Source: Candidatus Moraniibacteriota bacterium (GTDB lineage: Bacteria > Patescibacteriota > Minisyncoccia > Moranbacterales > DUUL01). From it: a DNA stretch of 64,000 nucleotides. The position numbers were made by a program, and so were the translations under genes. A model generated the notes under the pieces. It had not been told where the DNA came from and made no database searches. It saw only the letters and a list, made by a program, of their open reading frames with translations. The DNA lies in contig JALVDV010000005.1 of assembly GCA_027008775.1 (NCBI GenBank), positions 3,300 to 67,299 of the forward strand, given 5' to 3'. Shown here one piece after another: positions 12,301 through 20,990 of the stretch; position 1 is the stretch's first letter, and every line of letters starts with the position of its first letter.

Positions 12301-12764
12301 ACACCGGGGCTCCTGATAAGTTGGGAAACGATGACTCTTTCCACCCCGTTAATAATGAAAGTTCCGCGTTCGGTAATTAAAGGGAGGTCGGTTAGGAAAA
12401 CTTCCTGCTCCCTGACTTCACCGGTTTTTTTAATGAGTAATTTGGCATTGATACGCAAAGGAGCTTCGTAGGAAATATTTTTCTCTTTGGCGGTTTTTTC
12501 GTCATATTTCGGTTCATCCAAGTAATAGTCGCCGAAAGACAATTCCAGCTCTTTGCCGGTGAAATCTTGGATGGGGAATATCTCGTCAATGGCTTCACGC
12601 AAACCTTCTTGCAAGAATAAATCGTAAGAACTGGTTTGGGCCTCAATTAAATCGGGGAGGGAAACCATTGATTGCCTCTTGAAGAATTTTCTTTTGGACA
12701 AACTGGAATGACTGCTGAAGGAGGAACGAACAGCGATTTTTTTCTTTTTGGCGACTTTGCTCAT
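9348..12764 (-). CDS. rpoB: DNA-directed RNA polymerase beta subunit
   Basis: SQLSQFMDQ, TPEGPNIGL, GDKLAGRHGNKG, GGQRFGEMEVWALE. Confidence 0.99.
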   Translation of the reverse strand: MSKVAKKKKIAVRSSFSSHSSLSKRKFFKRQSMVSLPDLIEAQTSSYDLFLQEGLREAIDEIFPIQDFTGKELELSFGDYYLDEPKYDEKTAKEKNISYEAPLRINAKLLIKKTGEVREQEVFLTDLPLITERGTFIINGVERVIVSQLIRSPGVFFTAEYIKGRRTFGAKIIPNRGAWLEMETDLSGVIWVRIDRKRKIPVTSLLRVFGLKTDKEIKEAFAEVDTGETKYITETLLRDPVKNEMEAYKEIYKRFRPGDLATVENAKQMIDSVFFDYDRYDFGKVGRYRLNFRLGMDKDEKDKKNRLLGKEELVKIVQEIIRLNNDPNAEPDDIDHLGSRRLRGVGELIQSRIRVGLMRMARNIKDKMSSCDINTVAHAQLINSRPVVAAVKEFFSSSQLSQFMDQVNPLAELEHKRRLSAMGPGGLTRERAGFEVRDVHTSHYGRICPVQTPEGPNIGLVGHLACYAKINEYGFIETPYRLIGHSIGKDDKNALGRILAENVKDKNKKVLLKKGEKIDEKNIAKLKKSAKDTIKVKPFVTSTIEYLNAVVEGEKNIAHAGIELDEHDNIVQDVVEARVKTEPSIIESKLLDYIDVSPKQCISVATALIPFLEHDDSNRALMGSNMQRQAVSCVRPQAPLVGTGLEDKAAADSGQVVLAKEAGEVVEVDANHITIKERDGKGKSRKRIYNLQTFAKSNAFTSLNQVPRVTLGQKVKKKDLLADGASTDHGELALGQNMLVAFMPWSGYNYEDAIIISEKVVERDSYSSIHIDEFSVDVQETKLGPETVTRDIPNIGDDRLKNLDEEGIIRIGAEVNSGDILVGKITLKGEGDLTAEERLLRAIFGDKSKDVKDTSLYLPHGKRGKVVDIKIFSRENGDKLPAGVIKQIQVSVARLRKISVGDKLAGRHGNKGVISKIAAVEDMPYLPDGTPVDVVLTPLGVPSRMNLGQILETHLGWAAAKLGYKAASPALDGVTSEQIKEELRKAGLPEDGKIQLTDGRTGEHFSEKTMVGYMYIMKLNHLVEDKIHTRSIGPYSLITQQPLGGKAQFGGQRFGEMEVWALEGHGAAYTLQEMLTIKSDDVLGRSKAYESIIKGEPIQTPSIPASFHVLVNELKALALDVKFLKDGKYLEGNMEINN

Positions 12765-13183
12765 GGTGGATTGGGTTAGATATTAAAAATATTTAAAATT
12801 TGCGTCTTGCTTGGGTAAGGTGTCAAAATTGGCGAAAATGGAAAAATGGGGACGACACTTTAAAACCGATTGATATTGGTAAATGCGCAAGGGAACGATT
12901 AAAAAATTGAGCAAACAAAAAACAATCAGCTTGACTGATTTGTTGTTTGTTGAATTGTTTAGAAAACGTTTCCCCCGAACATAAAAGAAGGACCAATACT
13001 ATTTCGGCTTTCTGAAACAGTATCAAATTATTTTTTACGGCTCCCGTCTGACCGAGAGGCAAGGAAATAAATTGCAAAAGCAAATTTATTCCCTCCTTAT
13101 CAAAAATACTGGGTATTTAAAAAAGATGAAACCATTTGTTACTCCCCCACATCAAAGGGGAACCTAAACTTGGCATTAACCCT

Positions 13184-13211
13184 ATTGTATCCGTTTTAAA
13201 AAATTTGTCAA
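13184..13211 (-). promoter_or_regulatory. putative rpoBC promoter
   Basis: TTGACA-N16-TACAAT on the minus strand, about 410 nt upstream of rpoB. Confidence 0.5.
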
Positions 13212-13367
13212 GACAACAAAGGGGCGTCCTGCCAACGCCAATCAAAATGCTTCTTATTTTGCTTTTTTGATTTTAAACATTTCGCGTGACTTTGTCAAAT
13301 TTGAATTCGCCTTTTGCAAGCGGTTGTAATTGATAGTTTGCTTTTCTGAGTTTTTGCTTGATTTTGA

Positions 13368-13440
13368 AAATAGGTTGGTTAATTTTTGTTGCTGAGTTTT
13401 GAGATGGTGGGTTGCTTGTACTATTTTTATTTTTGGATTT
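13368..13440. repeat. dispersed ~75-bp imperfect direct repeat, copy 1
   Basis: Identical 23-nt core AAATAGGTTGGTTAATTTTTGTT plus GAGATGGTGG and TTTTTATTTTTGG blocks shared with 17109-17183. Confidence 0.75.
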
Positions 13441-13671
13441 ACTTTTGGATTTTTAGATGCAATGAGTGAAAATTCGGTGATTCCATTTGAATTGAAACCG
13501 CAAAATGTTTTTATTTTCCGAGCTCAATGAATGGTGGGAGCAGTTGCAAAACTATTACAACTGCTCCATATTGTTTATACGTATCCGTGACTAATATGGG
13601 CCCACATTGTGGTAATATGCGTCCTGAGCCTTACCTAAAAGTGAGCCCTTCATTCTAACTTCGTCTTCTCT

Positions 13672-13833
13672 TTATTTTAGAAAAAATAGGACAACTAAGG
13701 TTGTCCAATACCAATCATGAGTTTTGCGCCAGACCATTAATCCGGCTCCCACGACTATGGCAATTTGTATCAACAGATGAATAGTGTTTCTGCCAGGCAA
13801 ATTATAAAAGAAAAAATTTTTTATTTTTTTCAT
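13672..13833 (-). CDS. 53-aa small membrane protein (MKKIKNFFFYNLPGRNTIHLLIQIAIVVGAGLMVWRKTHDWYWTTLVVLFFLK)
   Basis: AAGGAGG SD and ATG at 13833; two hydrophobic segments; the frame stays open 26 more codons past the TAA, so it may be truncated. Confidence 0.5.
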   Translation of the reverse strand: MKKIKNFFFYNLPGRNTIHLLIQIAIVVGAGLMVWRKTHDWYWTTLVVLFFLK

Positions 13834-14176
13834 TTTTCCTCCTTTGCCCCTTTTTCAGGGGCTTTTTTGATTTAATTTTCCCACTCTTCCGAGCGGTTTT
13901 TGAGGTGGCAATTTTTTGAAACTGCTATCCCAAAAACCACTCGGAAAAGGTTGAGTTGGGGAGATTGGATTTTTAAAGAACTATTTTTTTCCGTGTCGGT
14001 CTGTGTAATGTCCGTGTTTTTCCGCGACTGCGGAGTAGTAAAAGAATACTTCTCTCAGAAATCTTGTTGATTATCAACAAGATTTCAGTTGAGAGGAGCA
14101 AGTTATTGGTTTATAACTTGCTCCCGAAACTTGTTCCCCTGGTCCACGCCCCGGGGGAAATTTTAGCGAGCGGGAA

Positions 14177-14959
14177 CTAAAATAATTCCCGCAGTATATT
14201 TACTATTTCATCACTGCTCATACCGAGCAGTGATAAGCCCCTAACTTCATCCCAATACTCTGGATTGGGATTGTTTTGGATGTTGTCAATAATTGAATCG
14301 ACAACATCCTTTAATTGTTGTTCCGAGGGGGTATATCCTTCGACATACCTCCTCAGGATTTGTTTTCTTACTATATTTTTTACGATGTTTTCCGGAGAAA
14401 ACATCGCCTGGTGTTCCGGAGGGATAGATATTTCCCCCTCCTCTTCTTCTTCGGCGAGAGATTTTATTCGGACTACGTATGTGTAGTCCGATTGACCCTC
14501 GGTCAGAAAAACTGACCTTGGGTCGAGCTCCGCAAGGAGCTCAACTCCGGCCAAAGCGGCTTCTGCACTGGCTGGGTTAGAATTTTCCATCCCAGCCAGT
14601 TTTTTTATTTCCGCCGGCCCCTTTATAAGGGTGCCGGCAATTGGTATAGTGAGAATTTTGAGACAGCCTTTTCCAAAAGGCTGTCCCAGTCCACCAACTA
14701 CGACTATGTCGTGGTGGGAACAACTCTCCTTTTTTATTTCTACAAACCCGGCCGAACTTCTGGCCGAGTATTCACCCATCAGTAAGATGGGCATTTTTGT
14801 TTCCAGACATCCATTTGATGCCTGGATGATTTTTTTCAATTTTCCGGTCTTCAGCCCATACCGCAGTATGAGCTGGTTGGGAAAATTTTTCACTGCCGTT
14901 ACAGAGGCAGTGAATGTTCTTAATTCCCTGTCCCGGCCGTCTATTACCATTGCTTTCAT
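14177..14959 (-). CDS. hypothetical protein (260 aa)
   Basis: Long ORF with AAGGAGG SD and its own promoter; no family recognised. Confidence 0.7.
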   Translation of the reverse strand: MKAMVIDGRDRELRTFTASVTAVKNFPNQLILRYGLKTGKLKKIIQASNGCLETKMPILLMGEYSARSSAGFVEIKKESCSHHDIVVVGGLGQPFGKGCLKILTIPIAGTLIKGPAEIKKLAGMENSNPASAEAALAGVELLAELDPRSVFLTEGQSDYTYVVRIKSLAEEEEEGEISIPPEHQAMFSPENIVKNIVRKQILRRYVEGYTPSEQQLKDVVDSIIDNIQNNPNPEYWDEVRGLSLLGMSSDEIVNILRELF

Positions 14960-15037
14960 TTTTCCTCCTTTTTTGCCTGCGGGTGTTCCGCAGGCGAAGC
15001 AGTTGGTCCGGGGATGCTCAGCCCCTTATTTTTTATT

Positions 15038-15103
15038 TTTTAAAGAGCATCAAGCTTTTTAAGCTTGACGCTGTAGGATAGCATAATTTAGTGTTTATGT
15101 CAA
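15038..15103 (-). promoter_or_regulatory. sigma70 promoter followed by a hairpin and a boxA-like site
   Basis: TTGACA-N17-(TG)TATCCT, then hairpin AGCGTCAAGCT/AGCTTGATGCT overlapping TGCTCTTTAAAA (E. coli rrn boxA is TGCTCTTTAACA). Confidence 0.55.
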
Positions 15104-15199
15104 TGGTTATTATGACATTTGTCTGTAAAATGTCGTTTTTATAGCTTACAAATTGTCTTAAAGCACTTTATTTATTTGATTATTTTGTCATAAATAAAA

Positions 15200-15228
15200 T
15201 TGATAAAATAACTTTAAAATGCTATAAT
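15200..15228 (+). promoter_or_regulatory. sigma70 promoter for the TrmB-family gene
   Basis: TTGATA-N17-(TG)TATAAT. Confidence 0.6.
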
Positions 15229-15325
15229 GCAAGTACTAAATTGATATTATGTGAATTTTAGGTGGTAAGCAGAAGAGTTTAATATTTCAGAAAAGACAAA
15301 AGAATAATTTGTAATTTACATTGCT

Positions 15326-16084
15326 GTGAAATATATAAAACTGCTAAAAAACATTGGCTTAACAACGGTTCAAGCGGAAATACTTGACTATCTTTTAAAT
15401 ACCGATAAAGAAAAAGCCAGTATTATAGCCAAAAAAATAAAGCGTCCGCGCGGAGTTGTTTACAACAGCTTGGATGAACTGTTGAAATTGGGACTGATAA
15501 CAAAAAAGGATGCCCCCAATCAAGTGAGCACTTTTTCTGCGGAGCATCCCGCTAAACTTAACAAATTGCTTGAGCAATATGAAAGTGATTTAAAACAAAA
15601 AAAGAACGCTTTTGAAAGCGTTTTGCCAAATATGATTTCTAATTATAATCTTGCCCATAACAAACCGGGAGTGAGGTTTTATGAAGGCATAGAAGGAATA
15701 AAAAAAGTTATCTGGGATACATTAACCAGTCAAACAGACATATATACTTACACCGATTTGGAAAAAATAGACGCGCATATCAAAGATATCAATAGGGAAT
15801 ATTCTAAAAAAAGAGACCGCTTGAAGATACGCAAAAAAGCTCTTTTGGCTAATTCTGATTATGCTAGAAACGCTTTAAAAAACTACGCGACCACAAATTT
15901 AGAGGTTAGATTTATACGCGACATTCGTCATTTTGCGACCATAATGCAAATTTATGATAATAAAGTTTCCTATATAACACTCAGCAAAGACAAAATGATA
16001 GGAATTATTATTCAAGACCAAACAATATACAATATGCACAAAAGTCTTTTTGAAAGTATGTGGAAAACCGCTGAAAGATATTAG
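15326..16084 (+). CDS. TrmB-family transcriptional regulator (wHTH plus PLD-like effector domain)
   Basis: IGLT...IAKKIKRPRGVVYNSLDELLKLGLI HTH; PGVRFYEGIEGIK; IYDNKV...GIIIQD...FESMW, typical of CPR TrmB-like regulators. Confidence 0.85.
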   Translation: MKYIKLLKNIGLTTVQAEILDYLLNTDKEKASIIAKKIKRPRGVVYNSLDELLKLGLITKKDAPNQVSTFSAEHPAKLNKLLEQYESDLKQKKNAFESVLPNMISNYNLAHNKPGVRFYEGIEGIKKVIWDTLTSQTDIYTYTDLEKIDAHIKDINREYSKKRDRLKIRKKALLANSDYARNALKNYATTNLEVRFIRDIRHFATIMQIYDNKVSYITLSKDKMIGIIIQDQTIYNMHKSLFESMWKTAERY

Positions 16085-16087
16085 CAT

Positions 16088-17074
16088 TTATACTTCTTTC
16101 TCTTTACGTATCTTCCAAATCTTGATATTGCCCAAATTAAATTCGCCGTATTTCTTGAATCCCTTTTCCTCAAGATAAGTTTTGGTTATTTTTTTGTTTG
16201 GGAGCGCTGTGGCTATAATTGTGGCGTTTTTTGACTCTTTGTCCAGAGATTCCTCCATCATTATCTCGCCCAGTTTTGAAAATCGGTGATGTCTATCCAC
16301 GTTAAAATTGGCAAATTCAACAATGCCATCTTCCTGAGGAGTGAAGCTGTTAAAAGCCAGCACTTTCCCATTATAATACAATATGTAAAACTTTGAGTTA
16401 GGATTTGCGAGCTTGTCATTTAAGCTCCCAAATAAGGCCTGTAGAAGCAATTCTCCATCCTCCAGATGTTCAAATAGTGAGTAGTTTTCCCGATAAATTT
16501 TCTTCATTTCTTCAACTACCTTCTTTTTATTTGCCAGCTCCGGACCGGAAATAGTATCCAGCTTAATGCCTTTAAAGTATTCCAAGAGATTTTTCTTTTT
16601 ATTTTTCTTTAAATATTTTAACACTTCTTTAAAGATCTCTCTGTTGATATCTAATGACGCTATCACATCCTCAACAAATTTCGGATTTGTGGCATCAAAA
16701 GAGTCGGCTAGCGCGCGTAAGAAATTAATCCCTTTTTGTTTTAATCCTTGGGTAATTTCATTTACTTGAACCAAATCAGTCTTGTTAAGATTTTTTTGCG
16801 TCCAACGTTCAACTTTGTCTGTTGCATCATCAAATTCGGCATATTTTGCAAAAATTTTATCCAGCAATTCTTTGTCGTATTTACGGGTCAGATATAAAGC
16901 TTTTTCACCATCACCCTTTTTGTCTTGTTCCAGAGCTAAAAATGCTTTTAAACCATTAGTACCGTATTTTTTAATAAAATCAGTATTTTTGATTTTTTCG
17001 GGGATGGTGTTTTTGTCCTTTTTGTCGTCTTTTTGTCTGGTGTTTTCTATTGTAAATTGTGGTTTGTTTTCCAT
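16088..17074 (-). CDS. protein with a C-terminal GNAT N-acetyltransferase domain
   Basis: FANFNVDRHHRFSKLGEIMM resembles GNAT motif A; YLEEKGF resembles motif B. Confidence 0.6.
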   Translation of the reverse strand: MENKPQFTIENTRQKDDKKDKNTIPEKIKNTDFIKKYGTNGLKAFLALEQDKKGDGEKALYLTRKYDKELLDKIFAKYAEFDDATDKVERWTQKNLNKTDLVQVNEITQGLKQKGINFLRALADSFDATNPKFVEDVIASLDINREIFKEVLKYLKKNKKKNLLEYFKGIKLDTISGPELANKKKVVEEMKKIYRENYSLFEHLEDGELLLQALFGSLNDKLANPNSKFYILYYNGKVLAFNSFTPQEDGIVEFANFNVDRHHRFSKLGEIMMEESLDKESKNATIIATALPNKKITKTYLEEKGFKKYGEFNLGNIKIWKIRKEKEV

Positions 17075-17108
17075 ATATTTATTTCATTGAACTTTTCCCT
17101 GGTCTTGG

Positions 17109-17183
17109 AAATAGGTTGGTTAATTTTTGTTTTTGGGTTTTGGAGATGGTGGATCAATTGTGCTGTTTTTATTTTTGGGTTTT
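17109..17183. repeat. dispersed ~75-bp imperfect direct repeat, copy 2
   Basis: Matches 13368-13440; overlaps the 3' end of the NUDIX gene. Confidence 0.75.
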
Positions 17184-17576
17184 TAGTATTGGCTGTTCAT
17201 TGTTGTTTTTGAAAATATTCGCTATTCTTTCCTTCTGTTTGGGGGCGATATTTTTTGGTAAGTTCCGGGGATTAAAAAAACGAATGTCGTCCGCTTCAGC
17301 GGTATTGATTATTTTTCCGCCTTGAATGTTACAGATAAAATTAAAAACTATTTCGTTCAGCGATGGTTTGTGATAAATTCCGCTTAATTTTTCTATTTTT
17401 ACGCTCAATCCCGTTTATTCTTTGGTTTCCCTGGCAACCGCTTGCCACGGCGACTCCCCTTTCTCCACTCCGCCTCCGGGCAAATTCCACAAATCATAAT
17501 CCCGCCGGTGGCACAATAAAATTTCTTTCTTTTTATTGAAAATAACAGCAAAGACGCCGATGGTAAATTTGGTCAT
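17169..17576 (-). pseudogene. NUDIX hydrolase with an in-frame stop in the Nudix box
   Basis: MTKFTIGVFAVIF...WNLPGGGVEKGESPWQAVARETKE*TGLSVK; TAA at 17415-17417 replaces the second Glu of REUXEEXGU. Confidence 0.85.
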
Positions 17577-17613
17577 TGTTGCCACAAATTATTTACGGTT
17601 TTAGAAAGTGAAA

Positions 17614-18354
17614 CTACTCGCTGATTTTAATGTATTCAATCTCCCCTTTGGGGTTGATATACTTTAAAGCCAAAATGGGTTTCTCACTTTTCTTGATTTT
17701 CCAAACCGCCACGGTTGTTTCAGGATGACCATTGTTTAATTTTATATCTAAGCTTTTAGTCAATCCCTTTTTTCTGGCTAAAGTCCAGCTGTATCCAGAG
17801 CGAGAAAAGTGGGATTTGTTGTCAGAAGTAATAATTACTAGAGCCGGAGCCGGGTCCCAACCGGATTCGTCCAGTTTTGTGGGATGAATAGTCTCACCGG
17901 TGGGAGTGCCGGCCGAACCCTTGAAATCGTAAATAACATAGTAAAAAATTTTATCTCCCGTGGCTTTGTGAATACTGTTTAATTCTGTCAGCCGACCGGT
18001 TTCTTTGATTTTAAAAGTTGCTTGTCCGGTCAGGGAAATTACATTCTTTTTTATGTCGTCATAAGTCGTGTTTTTCTTGGGAACATTTTTGTAATCTCGC
18101 AAGCGATATTTTATATTTATTTCTTCCCCCACCTTAGCTGTCCGCACGAAATGTATCTTGTCTTTCTTTCCTTGTTGCTCCTCCATAGTTTTTTGCGCTT
18201 TTTCTACAATACTTTTAGCTGACTGCTTGCTCCCTTTTTTGTCTGTTGATGTACCAGTCTTGTTGTTTTTGCCACATCCACTCAAGACTATTACTAAAAA
18301 CAAAACAAAGAATATAGCTAGTCCTTGAGTGATAATTTTATTTTTTTTGTTCAT
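17614..18354 (-). CDS. putative lipoprotein
   Basis: Basic N-terminus, hydrophobic stretch and lipobox LSGC. Confidence 0.75.
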   Translation of the reverse strand: MNKKNKIITQGLAIFFVLFLVIVLSGCGKNNKTGTSTDKKGSKQSAKSIVEKAQKTMEEQQGKKDKIHFVRTAKVGEEINIKYRLRDYKNVPKKNTTYDDIKKNVISLTGQATFKIKETGRLTELNSIHKATGDKIFYYVIYDFKGSAGTPTGETIHPTKLDESGWDPAPALVIITSDNKSHFSRSGYSWTLARKKGLTKSLDIKLNNGHPETTVAVWKIKKSEKPILALKYINPKGEIEYIKISE

Positions 18355-18520
18355 AGTTTTAAGTTTAAAAAATTTAATAGCCGATATTTTTAATTACTGG
18401 CGCTAATGAGTCATAAAAAGTTTTAGCGCCACCCTGCCCTTGTGATAACTGAAAGCTGTTGGTCTAAACCAATTATATTATATTTTTCTTTTTTGAAAAA
18501 GATACATTCCCCCTGGATTG

Positions 18521-20825
18521 ATTTATAGAAGTAGAAATTTGATAGGTCTATTTGAGGTGGGGATTTCGGACAGGAAGTTATAAATCTACAAAAGTAGAAA
18601 TTTGATAGGTCTATTTGAGAAAAATGACCTTACCTACCACTATGGAAATCTACAAAAGTAGAAATTTGATAGGTCTATTTGAGGATAAGGGGAATAGACC
18701 ACGGAGAAAATCTACAAAAGTAGAAATTTGATAGGTCTATTTGAGCTGCGTTGTATTGCAAATCATCGCCGTATCTACAAAAGTAGAAATTTGATAGGTC
18801 TATTTGAGCTGTTATTATGGACAAGAAATTAAGACAATCTACAAAAGTAGAAATTTGATAGGTCTATTTGAGTTTGCCAATGTCATCAATTATCCTAGAA
18901 TCTACAAAAGTAGAAATTTGATAGGTCTATTTGAGAAAACACCCCTTAATTCACCTAAATTATCTACAAAAGTAGAAATTTGATAGGTCTATTTGAGGCT
19001 GGCAGGGAAGAAGGTTTAAGACTGCATCTACAAAAGTAGAAATTTGATAGGTCTATTTGAGTACCACTTTATCACCTTTTTTTATGTCATCTACAAAAGT
19101 AGAAATTTGATAGGTCTATTTGAGTACCTCGTCTGGTTCAAGATTCTTATCATCTACAAAAGTAGAAATTTGATAGGTCTATTTGAGCAAACGCTTTGCC
19201 AGATTCTTTTTCCGATCTACAAAAGTAGAAATTTGATAGGTCTATTTGAGAGGAGATTGCCTAAAGGTAGCTACTACATCTACAAAAGTAGAAATTTGAT
19301 AGGTCTATTTGAGAAAGGGAAGGAATTTGTTGAGTTTTTCAATCTACAAAAGTAGAAATTTGATAGGTCTATTTGAGACGGTGGCCGATGAGTATTACCA
19401 CCGAATCTACAAAAGTAGAAATTTGATAGGTCTATTTGAGGATATAATCCCATGCGATTGGGTCTTGATCTACAAAAGTAGAAATTTGATAGGTCTATTT
19501 GAGTAGGAAATGACACTGTCCCGGTTATTATCTACAAAAGTAGAAATTTGATAGGTCTATTTGAGCATCCTCATAAAAGCGAAAATAAAAGTATCTACAA
19601 AAGTAGAAATTTGATAGGTCTATTTGAGTAACAAAAAAATCAACCCTGCTATAAATCTACAAAAGTAGAAATTTGATAGGTCTATTTGAGCCTGATTTCC
19701 TCTTTATCAAAGCAACAATCTACAAAAGTAGAAATTTGATAGGTCTATTTGAGGGTCTCCGTCAGCAATGACTGGTGAGAATCTACAAAAGTAGAAATTT
19801 GATAGGTCTATTTGAGCAATAGCCGATGAGTATTACCACCACGATCTACAAAAGTAGAAATTTGATAGGTCTATTTGAGAATATCCCTATATTATAGCTA
19901 TATTATAATCTACAAAAGTAGAAATTTGATAGGTCTATTTGAGAAGATTAGAAGTAAGATAATCGCCAGTATCTACAAAAGTAGAAATTTGATAGGTCTA
20001 TTTGAGCTGTTACATGGACGGAGCAAGGTAAGAATCTACAAAAGTAGAAATTTGATAGGTCTATTTGAGAGACCGTGAGCGGTGCGGGATGAAGTAATCT
20101 ACAAAAGTAGAAATTTGATAGGTCTATTTGAGTTCGTGAATTATTGGACGGAGCCAAACAATCTACAAAAGTAGAAATTTGATAGGTCTATTTGAGTTGG
20201 CGAAGGAAGCTTGATTGACTTCGTATCTACAAAAGTAGAAATTTGATAGGTCTATTTGAGTCCAAGGTGTAAATGTTGCAAATTATCATCTACAAAAGTA
20301 GAAATTTGATAGGTCTATTTGAGATAGGGGGGAGTCTGCAAGGTAGCAGTTATCTACAAAAGTAGAAATTTGATAGGTCTATTTGAGTTCATTAGACGGG
20401 CGGGAACGGAACAAATCTACAAAAGTAGAAATTTGATAGGTCTATTTGAGAAAGAAGGTTCTGGCCAGTCAGTATCATCTACAAAAGTAGAAATTTGATA
20501 GGTCTATTTGAGCTACAAGACAGACAAGGAATGGCAAATCTACAAAAGTAGAAATTTGATAGGTCTATTTGAGACAACGATGCGGCCGGCTGGCTTGTTT
20601 ATCTACAAAAGTAGAAATTTGATAGGTCTATTTGAGGTAATAGTCAAGCACCGCCTTTTTAAATCTACAAAAGTAGAAATTTGATAGGTCTATTTGAGTG
20701 GTGGTGCTAATTATTACACGCTAGAATCTACAAAAGTAGAAATTTGATAGGTCTATTTGAGCTCTGAAACACCAAAGCTTCATAGGATAATCTACAAAAG
20801 TAGAAATTTGATAGGTCTATTTGAG
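18521..20825 (-). CRISPR. type V-A CRISPR array with 37 repeats (36 bp) and 36 spacers (25-28 nt)
   Basis: Minus-strand repeat CTCAAATAGACCTATCAAATTTCTACTTTTGTAGAT ends in the Cas12a pseudoknot handle AATTTCTACT-TTT-GTAGAT. Only the repeat at 18521-18556 is degenerate (3 mismatches), marking the trailer end, which fits minus-strand transcription from the cas2 side. Confidence 0.99.
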
Positions 20826-20990
20826 ACCACAAATCCTTTATTTAAGCCAAAAAGATGCAAGTTGTGGCACATAGCCCCAACGACTTTTTGGCTTAAACAA
20901 GGCAAAACCGAGACATTCAAATTGCGGTTTTGTATTTTTTGAACAGACCCACGGAAATTTCCACTTTTCTTAAGTTGTAAAAGTTCAATC
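20826..20990 (-). promoter_or_regulatory. CRISPR leader containing a 14-bp perfect inverted repeat
   Basis: Lies between the cas2 stop and the first repeat; TTTAAGCCAAAAAG (20841-20854) and CTTTTTGGCTTAAA (20884-20897). Confidence 0.75.

Noticed and set aside
5581-13083. Many 60-230 aa antisense or alternative-frame ORFs over rpoB/rpoC, and similarly over typA and the giant genes
   Set aside because: They are shadow ORFs of well-supported genes and carry no motifs.
20007-20160. Spacers at 20007 and 20133 share TGGACGGAGC, and spacer 18809 loosely resembles 20007
   Set aside because: The matches are 10 nt or less with divergent flanks, so chance is plausible.
18557-20789. Self-targeting spacers
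   Set aside because: I noticed no match within the window by eye; an exhaustive search was not possible.
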